Shown here: positions 22,062-30,884 of the stretch, piece by piece
Layout: the number at the start of each line of letters is the position of its first letter
Position numbering within the stretch: the stretch's first letter is position 1
Origin: Candidatus Poribacteria bacterium
Lineage (GTDB): Bacteria > Poribacteria > WGA-4E > WGA-3G
NCBI GenBank assembly: GCA_965207855.1
Contig: OZ242310.1
Coordinates: 5,128,151-5,192,150, forward strand
Direction: 5' to 3'
DNA: 64,000 nt
The notes under the pieces: model-generated
Databases searched by the model: none
What the model saw: the letters and a program-made list of their open reading frames with translations, nothing else
What the model was told of the DNA's origin: nothing
Program-made: the position numbers and the translations under genes

Positions 22062-22240
22062 CGCTTCTAATACAACCCCCCTTTATCCCCCCTTATCAGG
22101 GGGGAAAGTCACTCGCTTCTAATACAACCCCCCTTTATCCCCCCTTATCAGGGGGGAAAGTCACTAACCGCGCGCTCTGAAAACGCGATTGAATTCACCG
22201 TTTATTCCCCCTTATCAGAGGGGAAGGTCACCCTTTATCC
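22062..22240. repeat. tandem array (2 exact 52-bp units + 1 degenerate) of a palindromic CCCCCCTTATCAGGGGGG element
   Basis: CGCTTCTAATACAACCCCCCTTTATCCCCCCTTATCAGGGGGGAAAGTCACT repeated exactly at 22062-22113 and 22114-22165; degenerate third copy about 22200-22240. Confidence 0.85.
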
Positions 22241-22265
22241 GCCGGCAAGCTGGGGGAATGATTTC

Positions 22266-22982
22266 TTACTCATCCCCACCCCCTAAAACTCCTAACCGAA
22301 ATAGGTAATAGACGAGTGTTAGGAGACTTGTCACTGCTGCGGCGACGTAGGTCAAGAACGCTGCATTTAGGACTTTGCTGGCATGTCGACTTTCTTCAGG
22401 TGAAAGCATTCCGGCTTCATCTATTGCAATCCTGGCGCGTCTGCTTGCGTCCCATTCAACGGGAAGCGTGACTAAGGCAAAAACAACGCCTACCGTAAAG
22501 AGTCCAACACCTATAAGTATCAAGCCCGCCATCTGGAGAAAGAATCCTGCTATCATCACGATATAGGCAAAGGTTGAGCTGAAGTTGGTTGCGGGGACGA
22601 GGGCACTACGCAAGCTTAGCATCGCATAACCGTGTGCGTCCTGCATGGCGTGTCCTGCTTCATGACAGGCGACTCCTATTGCGGAAAGCGATTGGCTTGA
22701 ATAGACATCTTCGGAAAGTCGCAATGTTTTCTCGCGTGGATCGTAATGGTCGCTTAAAAAACCCTGTGCGCGTTCAATCCGCACGCCGCTGACGCCGTGT
22801 TTATTCAGCATGAGTTGTGCGGCTTGCGCGCCTGTTAACCCGCTCCGTGAACCGACTTGTGAATATTTTGAGAAAGTTCTTTTTGTGCGAAACGTTGCGT
22901 ATAGGGACAACGCGAGTCCCGGTGCGAGGAACACGAAATACAGTGGGTCAAAGAAACCCCAAAACATGATATGTACCTCCAA
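22266..22982 (-). CDS. membrane zinc metallopeptidase (YugP/Zn_peptidase_2-like)
   Basis: 238 aa; HEAGHAMQ HExxH motif; N- and C-terminal TM helices. Confidence 0.7.
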   Translation of the reverse strand: MEVHIMFWGFFDPLYFVFLAPGLALSLYATFRTKRTFSKYSQVGSRSGLTGAQAAQLMLNKHGVSGVRIERAQGFLSDHYDPREKTLRLSEDVYSSQSLSAIGVACHEAGHAMQDAHGYAMLSLRSALVPATNFSSTFAYIVMIAGFFLQMAGLILIGVGLFTVGVVFALVTLPVEWDASRRARIAIDEAGMLSPEESRHASKVLNAAFLTYVAAAVTSLLTLVYYLFRLGVLGGGDE

Positions 22983-23111
22983 ATTGTGTTTTATTTCTGT
23001 TGTTAGATATTATCAGATTTAAGGGAATTATACCGGATATTTTTGTAAAATTCAAGTAATTTTTGACACATTTCGTTGTCTGAATCAGGATTTAGGAGGC
23101 GCGACGTCGTG

Positions 23112-23140
23112 ATTCATAGTTTTCATAGTTTTCATAGTAA
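23112..23140. repeat. tandem 9-bp iteron-like repeats TTCATAGTT x3 (last copy TTCATAGTAAC)
   Basis: GATTCATAGTTTTCATAGTTTTCATAGTAACATT; inverted copies GTTACTATGAA at about 23228..23238 and 23328..23338. Confidence 0.6.
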
Positions 23141-23399
23141 CATTTTGAAAATTGCGCCTTTAAAACCCGCATAAAGTCAGGTACAGCGTGGGTTGGTCGG
23201 CTATCTATGAAAAGGGTGTTTTTTTGCTGTTACTATGAATCGGCATTTTTCGGTTCTCAGCATTGCCCTTGTAACGCCACGGGCGGCGTGGGTTTGGACG
23301 ACTTTCTCCTTTTAGGGATTTTGGAGGGTTACTATGAAAGTGACGTGGCGTGAATATAGTTTTAACTTAACGATATATTTCTTTGTAATTTCCCTTAAA

Positions 23400-23421
23400 A
23401 ATGTTACACTGGTGTAACATT
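23400..23421. promoter_or_regulatory. perfect 10-bp-arm inverted repeat (candidate operator) AATGTTACAC-TG-GTGTAACATT
   Basis: Exact reverse-complementary arms; additional half-sites GTGTAACATT at 23433..23442 and 23521..23530 and AGTAACATTTT at about 23137; inside a 700-bp ORF-free region. Confidence 0.5.
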
Positions 23422-23713
23422 TTGTGTCGGGTGTGTAACATTAGAGAACGCAGTGGTCATAAGGGTTCGTTGGTGTTTCGTTCCCAATTTTCTGTTGTGA
23501 AAAAAAATAATTTGGCGAAAGTGTAACATTTTTGAGGTAGCGGTCAATTGAAGAACGCGAGAAATAGGTGTGTATTATTTCTACTTTGATGCCAGTGGAT
23601 TCGTCAACACAGCTTGGGTTTACTATAAATGTTTCACCCTTATAGGGTTTTGGACCCTGGGATACCTGATTGTGCCAATAGAGGACAAGGCGTGCATTAT
23701 GCTCCTGATGCTC

Positions 23714-23959
23714 CTATGGTGCATGCCAGAGGACATCTCCCAGAGAATTTGACATACCTGGCGGACGTTTCCCATAGGTAGTTTCTATAGGTGGGGACTT
23801 ACGTTCCTTGTTGATTCTACGAAGGAAATCCTCAAAGGTATCTATACCAAAGAATTGAAAAGAGGCACGTACCGCTGGTGGAATTGCAAGTATGACGAGA
23901 ATAATAGTGAGTAGAACAAGGCTCTTGGTTAGCGCAATGATTATTTCAGTGTTTTCCAT
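23714..23959 (-). CDS. small hypothetical membrane protein
   Basis: 81 aa; one strong TM helix (LVLLTIILVILAIPP); no RBS checked; weak. Confidence 0.3.
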   Translation of the reverse strand: MENTEIIIALTKSLVLLTIILVILAIPPAVRASFQFFGIDTFEDFLRRINKERKSPPIETTYGKRPPGMSNSLGDVLWHAP

Positions 23960-24290
23960 TTTTTCTCCTTACGCCGAAAAGAGCAGTTATCTAACTCTCC
24001 GGACGTGAACCACAATAGGTTATTCAAACAACATTAGCTAATCTCCTCTTGTTTATTCATTGAGTATTTTAACACAAAGTGCCACAAGAATGCAAACAAA
24101 AAGTTTACGCTACAAAACCTCTACGGGTAATCAACCATCTTTGATAAAAAACGAGGTCTACATGCCTAAAATCTTGTAAGTAGCAACTTGAATCACTGTA
24201 ACAGAATTCTCTCAACTTTCTTTCGCCTGCTCTACAACAGTATCGGCTTCTTGCTGTAGCTGCTTAGCCCGATTGCGGGTATTGAGGAGG

Positions 24291-24317
24291 CACAAACTAA
24301 AAGTTTATGCTACAAAG
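24291..24317. repeat. palindromic box ACAAACTAAAAGTTTAT + GCTACAAAG tail
   Basis: CACAAACTAAAAGTTTATGCTACAAAG; degenerate neighbour CAAACAAAAAGTTTACGCTACAAAA at 24093..24117. Confidence 0.7.
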
Positions 24318-24410
24318 AGGGTTAAGGTGTGTTACGGCTGACGCAATATAGCGGGCATGAAGAAATATCCAAGCAAAAACACTCGCTCCTACAACTGAAA
24401 CCGCCCTGAA

Positions 24411-25334
24411 CTACAGTAATCTCCCAATTCCCTCCAAAATATACCCAACAATATTAGGTGTAGATTCCCGATCTATCCATTCAAGGCGGGGGTCTTTGCG
24501 GAACCATGTGAGTTGCCGTTTGGCAAAACGACGGGTGTTCTGCTTCAACTGCGAGATGGCTTCTATATACGTACACTCCCCATCCAGATACGCTATCAAC
24601 TCTCTATAGCCGAAACTTTGGAGGGCGACGGTGTCACGCGCATAACCTACCGCTAATAACGATTCGACTTCGGCAATCAACCCATTCGCAAGCATTATAT
24701 CGACACGCTGCTCAATACGACGATAAAGCAATGCACGCGGCATTGTCAGGCAGAAGGCGATAAACGGGTAGCGTTGTTTTTCAGGATGCCACTGCTGTTG
24801 GAGCGCGGACATGGGGGTGCCTGTTAGCTCATAGACTTCTAAGGCACGGATGACGCGGACGAGGTTGTTGGGATGGATGCGGTCAGCAGATTCTGGATCA
24901 CAGGCACGGAGTCGTTCGTGGAGGACATCAACGCCGTGTTGTGCTGCTTCCGCCTCAAGCCGTTCACGGAGTACAGCATCTGCCCCGGGTCCTTCAAATA
25001 AGCCGTCAACAACTGCTCGGAAGTAGAGACCAGCACCACCGACGAGTAGTACTCGCTTACCTCTGTTTTGGATGTCAGTGATTGCTGTGTCCGCGAGGCG
25101 TTGATAATCGGCAACGGAGAAGGGTTCGGAAATGTCTACACAATCTATGAGGTGATGCCGTGCCAGCTGCAGTTCTTCAGAAGTCGGTTTGGCGGTGCCG
25201 ATGTCCATCTGTCGGTAGATTTGGCGGGAATCGACGGAAATAATTTCGGCATCAAGGCGTTGCGCCAATTGAATCGCTATCTCTGTTTTGCCAACCGCTG
25301 TAGGACCGAGGAGGCAGATGAGTTTTGCGTTCAT
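24411..25334 (-). CDS. miaA: tRNA dimethylallyltransferase
   Basis: P-loop GPTAVGKT; start chosen at MNAKLICLL, whose ATG overlaps the mnmA TGA stop (ATGA). Confidence 0.9.
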   Translation of the reverse strand: MNAKLICLLGPTAVGKTEIAIQLAQRLDAEIISVDSRQIYRQMDIGTAKPTSEELQLARHHLIDCVDISEPFSVADYQRLADTAITDIQNRGKRVLLVGGAGLYFRAVVDGLFEGPGADAVLRERLEAEAAQHGVDVLHERLRACDPESADRIHPNNLVRVIRALEVYELTGTPMSALQQQWHPEKQRYPFIAFCLTMPRALLYRRIEQRVDIMLANGLIAEVESLLAVGYARDTVALQSFGYRELIAYLDGECTYIEAISQLKQNTRRFAKRQLTWFRKDPRLEWIDRESTPNIVGYILEGIGRLL

Positions 25335-26434
25335 TTGTCGCGGGAGTCTACAATCCAACCGCCGCCGAGGACGTATTCGCCGTCATAAAAGACGGTGGCT
25401 TGTCCGGGGGTAATCGCTCGGCGGGGTTCGTCAAACTTCACGACTGCTTCTGTGTCGCTGACAGGAGAAATGGTCGCTGGACCGCCGTCATCACGGGATC
25501 GGACTTTAACGTGGGCGCGGATCGGTTCTGTCAACTCCTCAATAGCGATGAGGTTGATGCGTTCAACGTACATCGTGTCCTCAAGGAGCGCATCGGAGTC
25601 GCCGACAACGACGGTATTCTCCTTTGCGTTGAGCTGCGTCACATAGAGCGGTTTGCCGACTGCAATGCCTAACCCGCGCCGCTGACCGACGGTGTAAAAC
25701 GGTACGCCTTCATGCTTACCGAGAACGTTGCCTTCCTGGTCCACAATATCGCCGCCCTGAATCTTTTCAGGTACTCTGTCTTGGAGGAAACGTTTGTAAT
25801 TGGTGTCAGCAACAAAGCAGAGCTCTTGGCTCTCAATCTTTTCAGCAGTGCGCAATTGATACTTTCGGGCAAGGTCGCGGACCTCGGTTTTCGTGTACTC
25901 ACCGAGAGGCATCATGGCGCATTGTAATTGCTCCTGTGTGAGCGCGGCAAGGAAATAAGACTGGTCTTTGCTGACATCGCGCGCTTTGCGTAAGAGATAA
26001 CGACCTGTCTCTGGGTGTTGCTCAACACGAGCATAGTGTCCTGTGGCGATAGCATCACATTCCAACGTCTTGGCGAGGTCAAGGAGCCTACCAAATTTCA
26101 ACTCCCTGTTACATACCATACACGGACTGGGGGTCCTGCCGACGAGGTACTCGTCTACGAAATAATCGATAATCTGTTCTCGGAAAGCGTCCTCGTAGTT
26201 TACGCCGTAGAAGGGGATACCGAGTTGTGTGGCGACGCGGCGTGCGTCCTCAATTCCCTCAAGCGAGCAGCAGTTGGGACGCTCAGGTTCTACTTCGATT
26301 GTATCAGGCGCGCCGAGGCGCATGGTGATGCCGGTGACATCATATCCCACGTCAACCATCATGGCGGCGGTGACGGAACTGTCTACGCCTCCGCTCATTG
26401 CGACGAGAACTTTCTTCATTAGGATACCTGCCAA
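25331..26434 (-). CDS. mnmA: tRNA-specific 2-thiouridylase
   Basis: PP-loop VLVAMSGGVDSSV; 367 aa; conserved Cys residues. Confidence 0.9.
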   Translation of the reverse strand: MAGILMKKVLVAMSGGVDSSVTAAMMVDVGYDVTGITMRLGAPDTIEVEPERPNCCSLEGIEDARRVATQLGIPFYGVNYEDAFREQIIDYFVDEYLVGRTPSPCMVCNRELKFGRLLDLAKTLECDAIATGHYARVEQHPETGRYLLRKARDVSKDQSYFLAALTQEQLQCAMMPLGEYTKTEVRDLARKYQLRTAEKIESQELCFVADTNYKRFLQDRVPEKIQGGDIVDQEGNVLGKHEGVPFYTVGQRRGLGIAVGKPLYVTQLNAKENTVVVGDSDALLEDTMYVERINLIAIEELTEPIRAHVKVRSRDDGGPATISPVSDTEAVVKFDEPRRAITPGQATVFYDGEYVLGGGWIVDSRDK

Positions 26435-27615
26435 TCCTCGTTTCCGGCGTAACGGTCATCGTACACATCTTCATTAAGCGACAGCCCAAGCCCAGGGGTA
26501 TCCGGGACTGTGAACGTGCCATCAGTGAAATCGTAGTTAGAAGTATCCACAACATCACTTGTGAGCGTTGCGACTTCGCCATAGAGGAAATGGGGAATGG
26601 TTTTACCGAATTGGAGGCTGAGGTAAAAACCGAGCAGAGACCCCCAGTTATGTGGGGCACACTGGACATTGTGGACAGCAGCCATATCGGCAAGCCGCCG
26701 CCACCCCGTAACACCCAGTCCTTTCATGTCGTGCTGAATGACATCAATCACGCCAGCTTCAAAGAAGGGGTCGTAAAATTCGAGCGGGTCGCGTGTCCGG
26801 GTCTCGCCATCAGCAATAAGCACTTTCAACCCTCTTTCTTGGATGAAAGCCTTTAGGTTGCGATACAACTCAACATCCTCATCAAACATCTCTTCAATCC
26901 AAAAGACATTGCAATCGCTTGTTTCATTAAGGAAGGTGATGACTTCGTCATAGGTGTATGCATTATTTGCATCGACGAGGATATTGAAACCTTCGCCTGC
27001 GGTACTACGGGCGAGTTGGACGAGTTCTATGTCTCGCTGTAGACCGGCTTTGCGTTCCATGAGATGGTTCCCGCGTCCCATCTTCATTTTGCAAGCGGTA
27101 AACCCGTTGGCGAGACTGCTTTTGACATCGTTCTCAATTCGCTTGAGCCCCTCAGCCTTCGTCTCGTAGAGGAGATCGTTGAAATAGATAGTGCTGTCGT
27201 AAGCAGGCAACCCGTTTGAGAAGCCATCACCGCCAATAAGCTGATAGGCTGGCTTGCCGAGGATTTTGCCGATAGTATCCCAGAGTGCGTTTTCAAGTCC
27301 ACGGAATTCGGGAGCGATACCGTCTTCAGGATTCAAGAGATCGAACGGATTTTGGTTGAGTACGCCTTGTGCATCCTCAGCAGTCGTTGTCGCCCAACTG
27401 CCAGCACCCCAACCAAGTACTCCATCGTCGGTGTGAATACGGATGATACGTTCTTTCCATTTCCCGTTTGGGTCAGGTTGTTTTATCTCCGGTGCTTGAG
27501 AGTTACACCCGATAGCAGGCTGGTCAATTTCGATCGTGACCTGCTCAACTTTGGTAATTTTGATACCGGTTGGATAGTCTGGCACAGTTAGAAATCTCCT
27601 TCCGTTGCCCGGCAA
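26419..27615 (-). CDS. enolase-superfamily enzyme (mandelate racemase / muconate lactonizing / sugar-acid dehydratase family)
   Basis: 398 aa; MR/MLE barrel-domain acidic ligands (ILVDANNAYT, WIEEMFDED, DVIQHDM). Confidence 0.75.
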   Translation of the reverse strand: MPGNGRRFLTVPDYPTGIKITKVEQVTIEIDQPAIGCNSQAPEIKQPDPNGKWKERIIRIHTDDGVLGWGAGSWATTTAEDAQGVLNQNPFDLLNPEDGIAPEFRGLENALWDTIGKILGKPAYQLIGGDGFSNGLPAYDSTIYFNDLLYETKAEGLKRIENDVKSSLANGFTACKMKMGRGNHLMERKAGLQRDIELVQLARSTAGEGFNILVDANNAYTYDEVITFLNETSDCNVFWIEEMFDEDVELYRNLKAFIQERGLKVLIADGETRTRDPLEFYDPFFEAGVIDVIQHDMKGLGVTGWRRLADMAAVHNVQCAPHNWGSLLGFYLSLQFGKTIPHFLYGEVATLTSDVVDTSNYDFTDGTFTVPDTPGLGLSLNEDVYDDRYAGNEDWQVS

Positions 27616-27667
27616 ACCAGATATGATAAACCCTTAGAATTCTATTGGAAATCACATACCGCCTTCC

Positions 27668-28927
27668 TTAATTTTCCGAGTCAAGACCTTCGGCATCAGG
27701 TTCAATTGCAAGCAGCAGTTCATTGAGGGCATCTTTGACCATATCGTTGGTTTCGGTCTCCCGATAGAAGACATCAAGTGTGTGGGGCAGATTATCGTAC
27801 TGGTCAGCCTCATCTATTTGCTTTATCAAAGCAGGTTTCTTGAGAAGTTGAACAATACGGAGCCTGTCCTCATGGTTAACGACTTCGGGGTTTGTCAATA
27901 TGGCGATTAAACGCGGTGCTAATCCATCAGCGAGTCCATTTTCGGCATAATGGTGTAGCGTATCAATAGCAGCCTGTTTCGTGTTGAGACTCGATCCGTT
28001 TGTGAGGATTGCGAGGAGACCGTCAACAGCTCCTGCGTCGGGGTACTTCTGTAGTGCCTTAGCAATGTCCATCCGTACGGTGTCATCAGCGTCGTCAAGT
28101 GCATCAATCATCTTAGCTGTCGGATGTTCTTTGAGGAACATCATAGACTTTGCGGCAGCCCGTCGTACAACTGGATTTGCATCGCCTAATCCCTCAATGA
28201 TTCTACCTTCGGAGCCTTCGTTGCCGAGCAGATAGAGTGCGGTGTTAATTTCCATTTTCAACCCTTCATCAGTGGTTGCATTATGGAGTGCCTCTAACCC
28301 CGCGGCAGCGGATGTGTCGCCTATATCCCCTACGATACGGACGAGCTGAATTTTCACGGCAGGCGGTGTACTGCTGTCGCCAGCTGTTTTCAGGAGATCG
28401 TTAATAGCTGCGCTCCCGATTCCCGTCAAGATTTGAATGAAATCGCCGTGGACGGCGCGATATCGGTTTTTAACGAGGTCTTCCAAAATGAAAGGGACAG
28501 CCGGTGCGCCCCTATCAATGAGGACCTGTATGGCATCCTTTTGTACTCTATGCCGTTCACCAAGGAGTTGCAGAATTTTCTTTATTTCATACTCACCCAA
28601 TTGACCAATGCGCTGGTCACGCTCGCTTTGGTATCTGGCTTCTACATTGTGGGTTTTAGCGGCACCGGTTGAAATAGCGTTGCTATAAGCAAGAATGAGG
28701 AGTGCGCGAGGTTCAACCTTATTTTCCTCTTCCTGTTCAGCCCGTTCAAGGTGCTGGGCGGCCTCCAGTGAGAGTCCTGCAAACAACTTACCTCTTCCGA
28801 CTTCAAGTTGGGTGATGACCTGTTCCTGCCGGCAGCCGAAGCTTATAACCCCCATAAGCAGTAATATCATCAAAAGTTTCTTCATGTTCCGTTTATCTTT
28901 TCCTCCTGGAATCTCGATTATATTCAC
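27668..28927 (-). CDS. HEAT/PBS-lyase-repeat lipoprotein
   Basis: 419 aa; signal peptide + FGC lipobox-like; repeated HEAT motifs (VRRAAAKSM, VRMDIAKAL). Confidence 0.65.
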   Translation of the reverse strand: MNIIEIPGGKDKRNMKKLLMILLLMGVISFGCRQEQVITQLEVGRGKLFAGLSLEAAQHLERAEQEEENKVEPRALLILAYSNAISTGAAKTHNVEARYQSERDQRIGQLGEYEIKKILQLLGERHRVQKDAIQVLIDRGAPAVPFILEDLVKNRYRAVHGDFIQILTGIGSAAINDLLKTAGDSSTPPAVKIQLVRIVGDIGDTSAAAGLEALHNATTDEGLKMEINTALYLLGNEGSEGRIIEGLGDANPVVRRAAAKSMMFLKEHPTAKMIDALDDADDTVRMDIAKALQKYPDAGAVDGLLAILTNGSSLNTKQAAIDTLHHYAENGLADGLAPRLIAILTNPEVVNHEDRLRIVQLLKKPALIKQIDEADQYDNLPHTLDVFYRETETNDMVKDALNELLLAIEPDAEGLDSEN

Positions 28928-29263
28928 CCGTTTGTGCCTCTGGTAGCGTGCATACTTTATAAATAATGAACATCAAGGGCAGTCTATAGCGCGTCGTTTG
29001 CAAATTGAAAAACACACAGATAACCTAAAGCTCCTGATTGCGGGCTGCGAACCTCGATGTCGGGTGAAGTTTGCACGCGAAGACGATTAAAGTCCTGCGC
29101 CTATAGATTTTTCATAACCTATCGGACAGAGGCTACCAATCCGAATAAGCACGATGTAAAGGGTATTGTAAAATAAATACACTTTTATGTCAACAAATTT
29201 AAGGGAAAATTAATAGGACTCTCCAGTTTTAGGCTTTCTGGTTTCCTATGTAAAAAGGTCCCA

Positions 29264-30463
29264 TCATTTACTAACGGCATCAAGCAGTTCACCGAGTGGA
29301 CGTTTGACGAGTCCGACTGTCTCCGTATTCTGGTGATATTGATAGAGCTTGTCGACAAGTCCCTCGACCGACTGTAAGGCTCGAAGCTGCCTTTGAAACG
29401 GCTCTCTCTTGAGAAGCTGCACGAGATATAAACGATTGTCTGGATCGCTAACGGTTCCACCGATGAGTAGCATTGTAATCGGCTTTGCTAAGCCGCCCGT
29501 GAGCTTGTTTTGTCCATAAATATCAAGTGTATCAATCGCCGCTTGTTTCGGGTCTTTGTTTAGTTCACTGGTGAGGATCTTCACAAGTGGGTCAACAGCA
29601 GCAGCATCCTGATGGACGGCGAGTGCCTTTACAAGTGATGCGACGACTTCGGAGTCATCGTCTTCCAATCCTGCAATGAGTACCTTCGTTGATATGTCCG
29701 CAATATCTACCATGGCTTTAGCGGCGGCGCGTCGGACAGCAACATCGCTATGATTTAGGCCGTCGATGATGGCCTGCTTATATGCCGCCTCACCCAGTTG
29801 ATAGAGCGTTGTGTTAATCTCCATCGCCAAGGCAGCGTCGTCCGTCTGACTTTGCAGGGTTTTTAATGCGTCTATGCTTTTGGTGTCATTGATTTGAGAT
29901 AACACCTGTACCAACTTAATCTTGAGCGCAGGCGGGGTCATTTCATCAGTGAGTTCGGCTAAAATTAAGTCAAGACCGTCAGCGCCTATCTGGACGAGCA
30001 TCTCTGTAAAATTTTCGTGAAGTGCGGGATATCTCCCTTTCGCGAGGCTCTCAAGAATTATCGTCGATACTTCGGGTCCCTTATCCACAAGTGCCTGTAA
30101 ACCGGCTCTTTGTACGCGTGAGGGTGTGCTGAGAATTTGCAGAATCTGCCTTATTTCAGCATCCGTCAGTTCTTGTATGCGTTGCGTTCGCTGATTCTTG
30201 AATTTGGCTTCAACCCCGAGGCTGGCAGCGTCTCCGGTAGCCAGTCCATGAGAATAAGCAATAACAAGTAAGGCGCGCGGTTCAAGTTTATTTGCCTCTT
30301 CCTGCTCCGCTTTTTCAAGCAATTCAACGGCTTCCAAAGCGTTCCCGCTATCAATCAATTTACTCTTGCCCACTGATAGATTGCTCGGACCTCTCTGTTT
30401 TGTTTCGCAACCGAAACTCGCGAGCAGTAGGACGAGCAGTGGGATAGTTATAACTTTTTTCAT
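29264..30463 (-). CDS. HEAT/PBS-lyase-repeat lipoprotein (paralog of previous)
   Basis: 399 aa; signal + FGC; N-terminal region aligns with the neighbour (LEKAEQEEANKLEPRALLVIAYS versus LERAEQEEENKVEPRALLILAYS). Confidence 0.65.
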   Translation of the reverse strand: MKKVITIPLLVLLLASFGCETKQRGPSNLSVGKSKLIDSGNALEAVELLEKAEQEEANKLEPRALLVIAYSHGLATGDAASLGVEAKFKNQRTQRIQELTDAEIRQILQILSTPSRVQRAGLQALVDKGPEVSTIILESLAKGRYPALHENFTEMLVQIGADGLDLILAELTDEMTPPALKIKLVQVLSQINDTKSIDALKTLQSQTDDAALAMEINTTLYQLGEAAYKQAIIDGLNHSDVAVRRAAAKAMVDIADISTKVLIAGLEDDDSEVVASLVKALAVHQDAAAVDPLVKILTSELNKDPKQAAIDTLDIYGQNKLTGGLAKPITMLLIGGTVSDPDNRLYLVQLLKREPFQRQLRALQSVEGLVDKLYQYHQNTETVGLVKRPLGELLDAVSK

Positions 30464-30667
30464 TACGTCCTGTTTTCCTCCTGAAAATGTTTCTTATAGA
30501 AGCAGTCGTCTCAATATCGGAATTAGCGTGTTGCAAAGTTATAAGGTGCAGACTACAACACTATATTAGGAAAAACATCTCTATAACAATACCACAAAAT
30601 CTTGAAAAAGTCAAGTGCGGATTTTTGGAACGTCAGAAAGGGTCGCTCTGCTGATTGGAAAATGGTG

Positions 30668-30696
30668 TTGACGCACTGTTAAATTCGGGTTATACT
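30668..30696 (+). promoter_or_regulatory. strong sigma70-type promoter candidate upstream of the M14 peptidase gene
   Basis: TTGACG (30668-30673), exact 17-nt spacer, TATACT (30691-30696); about 185-nt leader before ATG at 30885. Confidence 0.5.
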
Positions 30697-30721
30697 TTTT
30701 GGTATCTTTGTAAAAAACACA

Positions 30722-30843
30722 GAACTTACGCAAAATTGGAGCGTTACGCCTATTCACCCGCGCTCGGTGCGGTTAGGAAACCGTGAAGAAACACCCCAGC
30801 AAAAACCCTACCGGGGGAAGTGCGTAAACCCTAAAAACAAATC
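30722..30843. repeat. degenerate MITE-like copy located in the 5' leader of the M14 peptidase gene
   Basis: Left end GAACTTACGCAAAATTGG (compare AGGACTTACGCAAATTTGG); right end GGAAGTGCGTAAACCCT (compare GGAGGTGCGTAAGTCCT). Confidence 0.45.
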
Positions 30844-30884
30844 GGAGGTGCGACAGCAGCCTACTTCTGTCGGAAGCAACTACC

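Noticed and set aside
22062-22240. Possible CRISPR array (regular direct repeats).
   Set aside because: The units abut each other with no unique spacers. Only two to three copies occur, and the unit is itself a palindromic REP/MITE core found elsewhere. No cas genes are present.
23570-23752. 60-aa ORF in the repeat-rich non-coding region.
   Set aside because: It has no RBS or motifs and overlaps the repeat cluster and the start of the minus-strand small ORF. It is likely non-coding.
25331-25358. 28-nt overlap between mnmA and miaA suggesting a frameshift or fusion.
   Set aside because: Choosing the internal Met of miaA (MNAKLICLL) gives the classic ATGA stop/start overlap (25331..25334). 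This is ordinary translational coupling.
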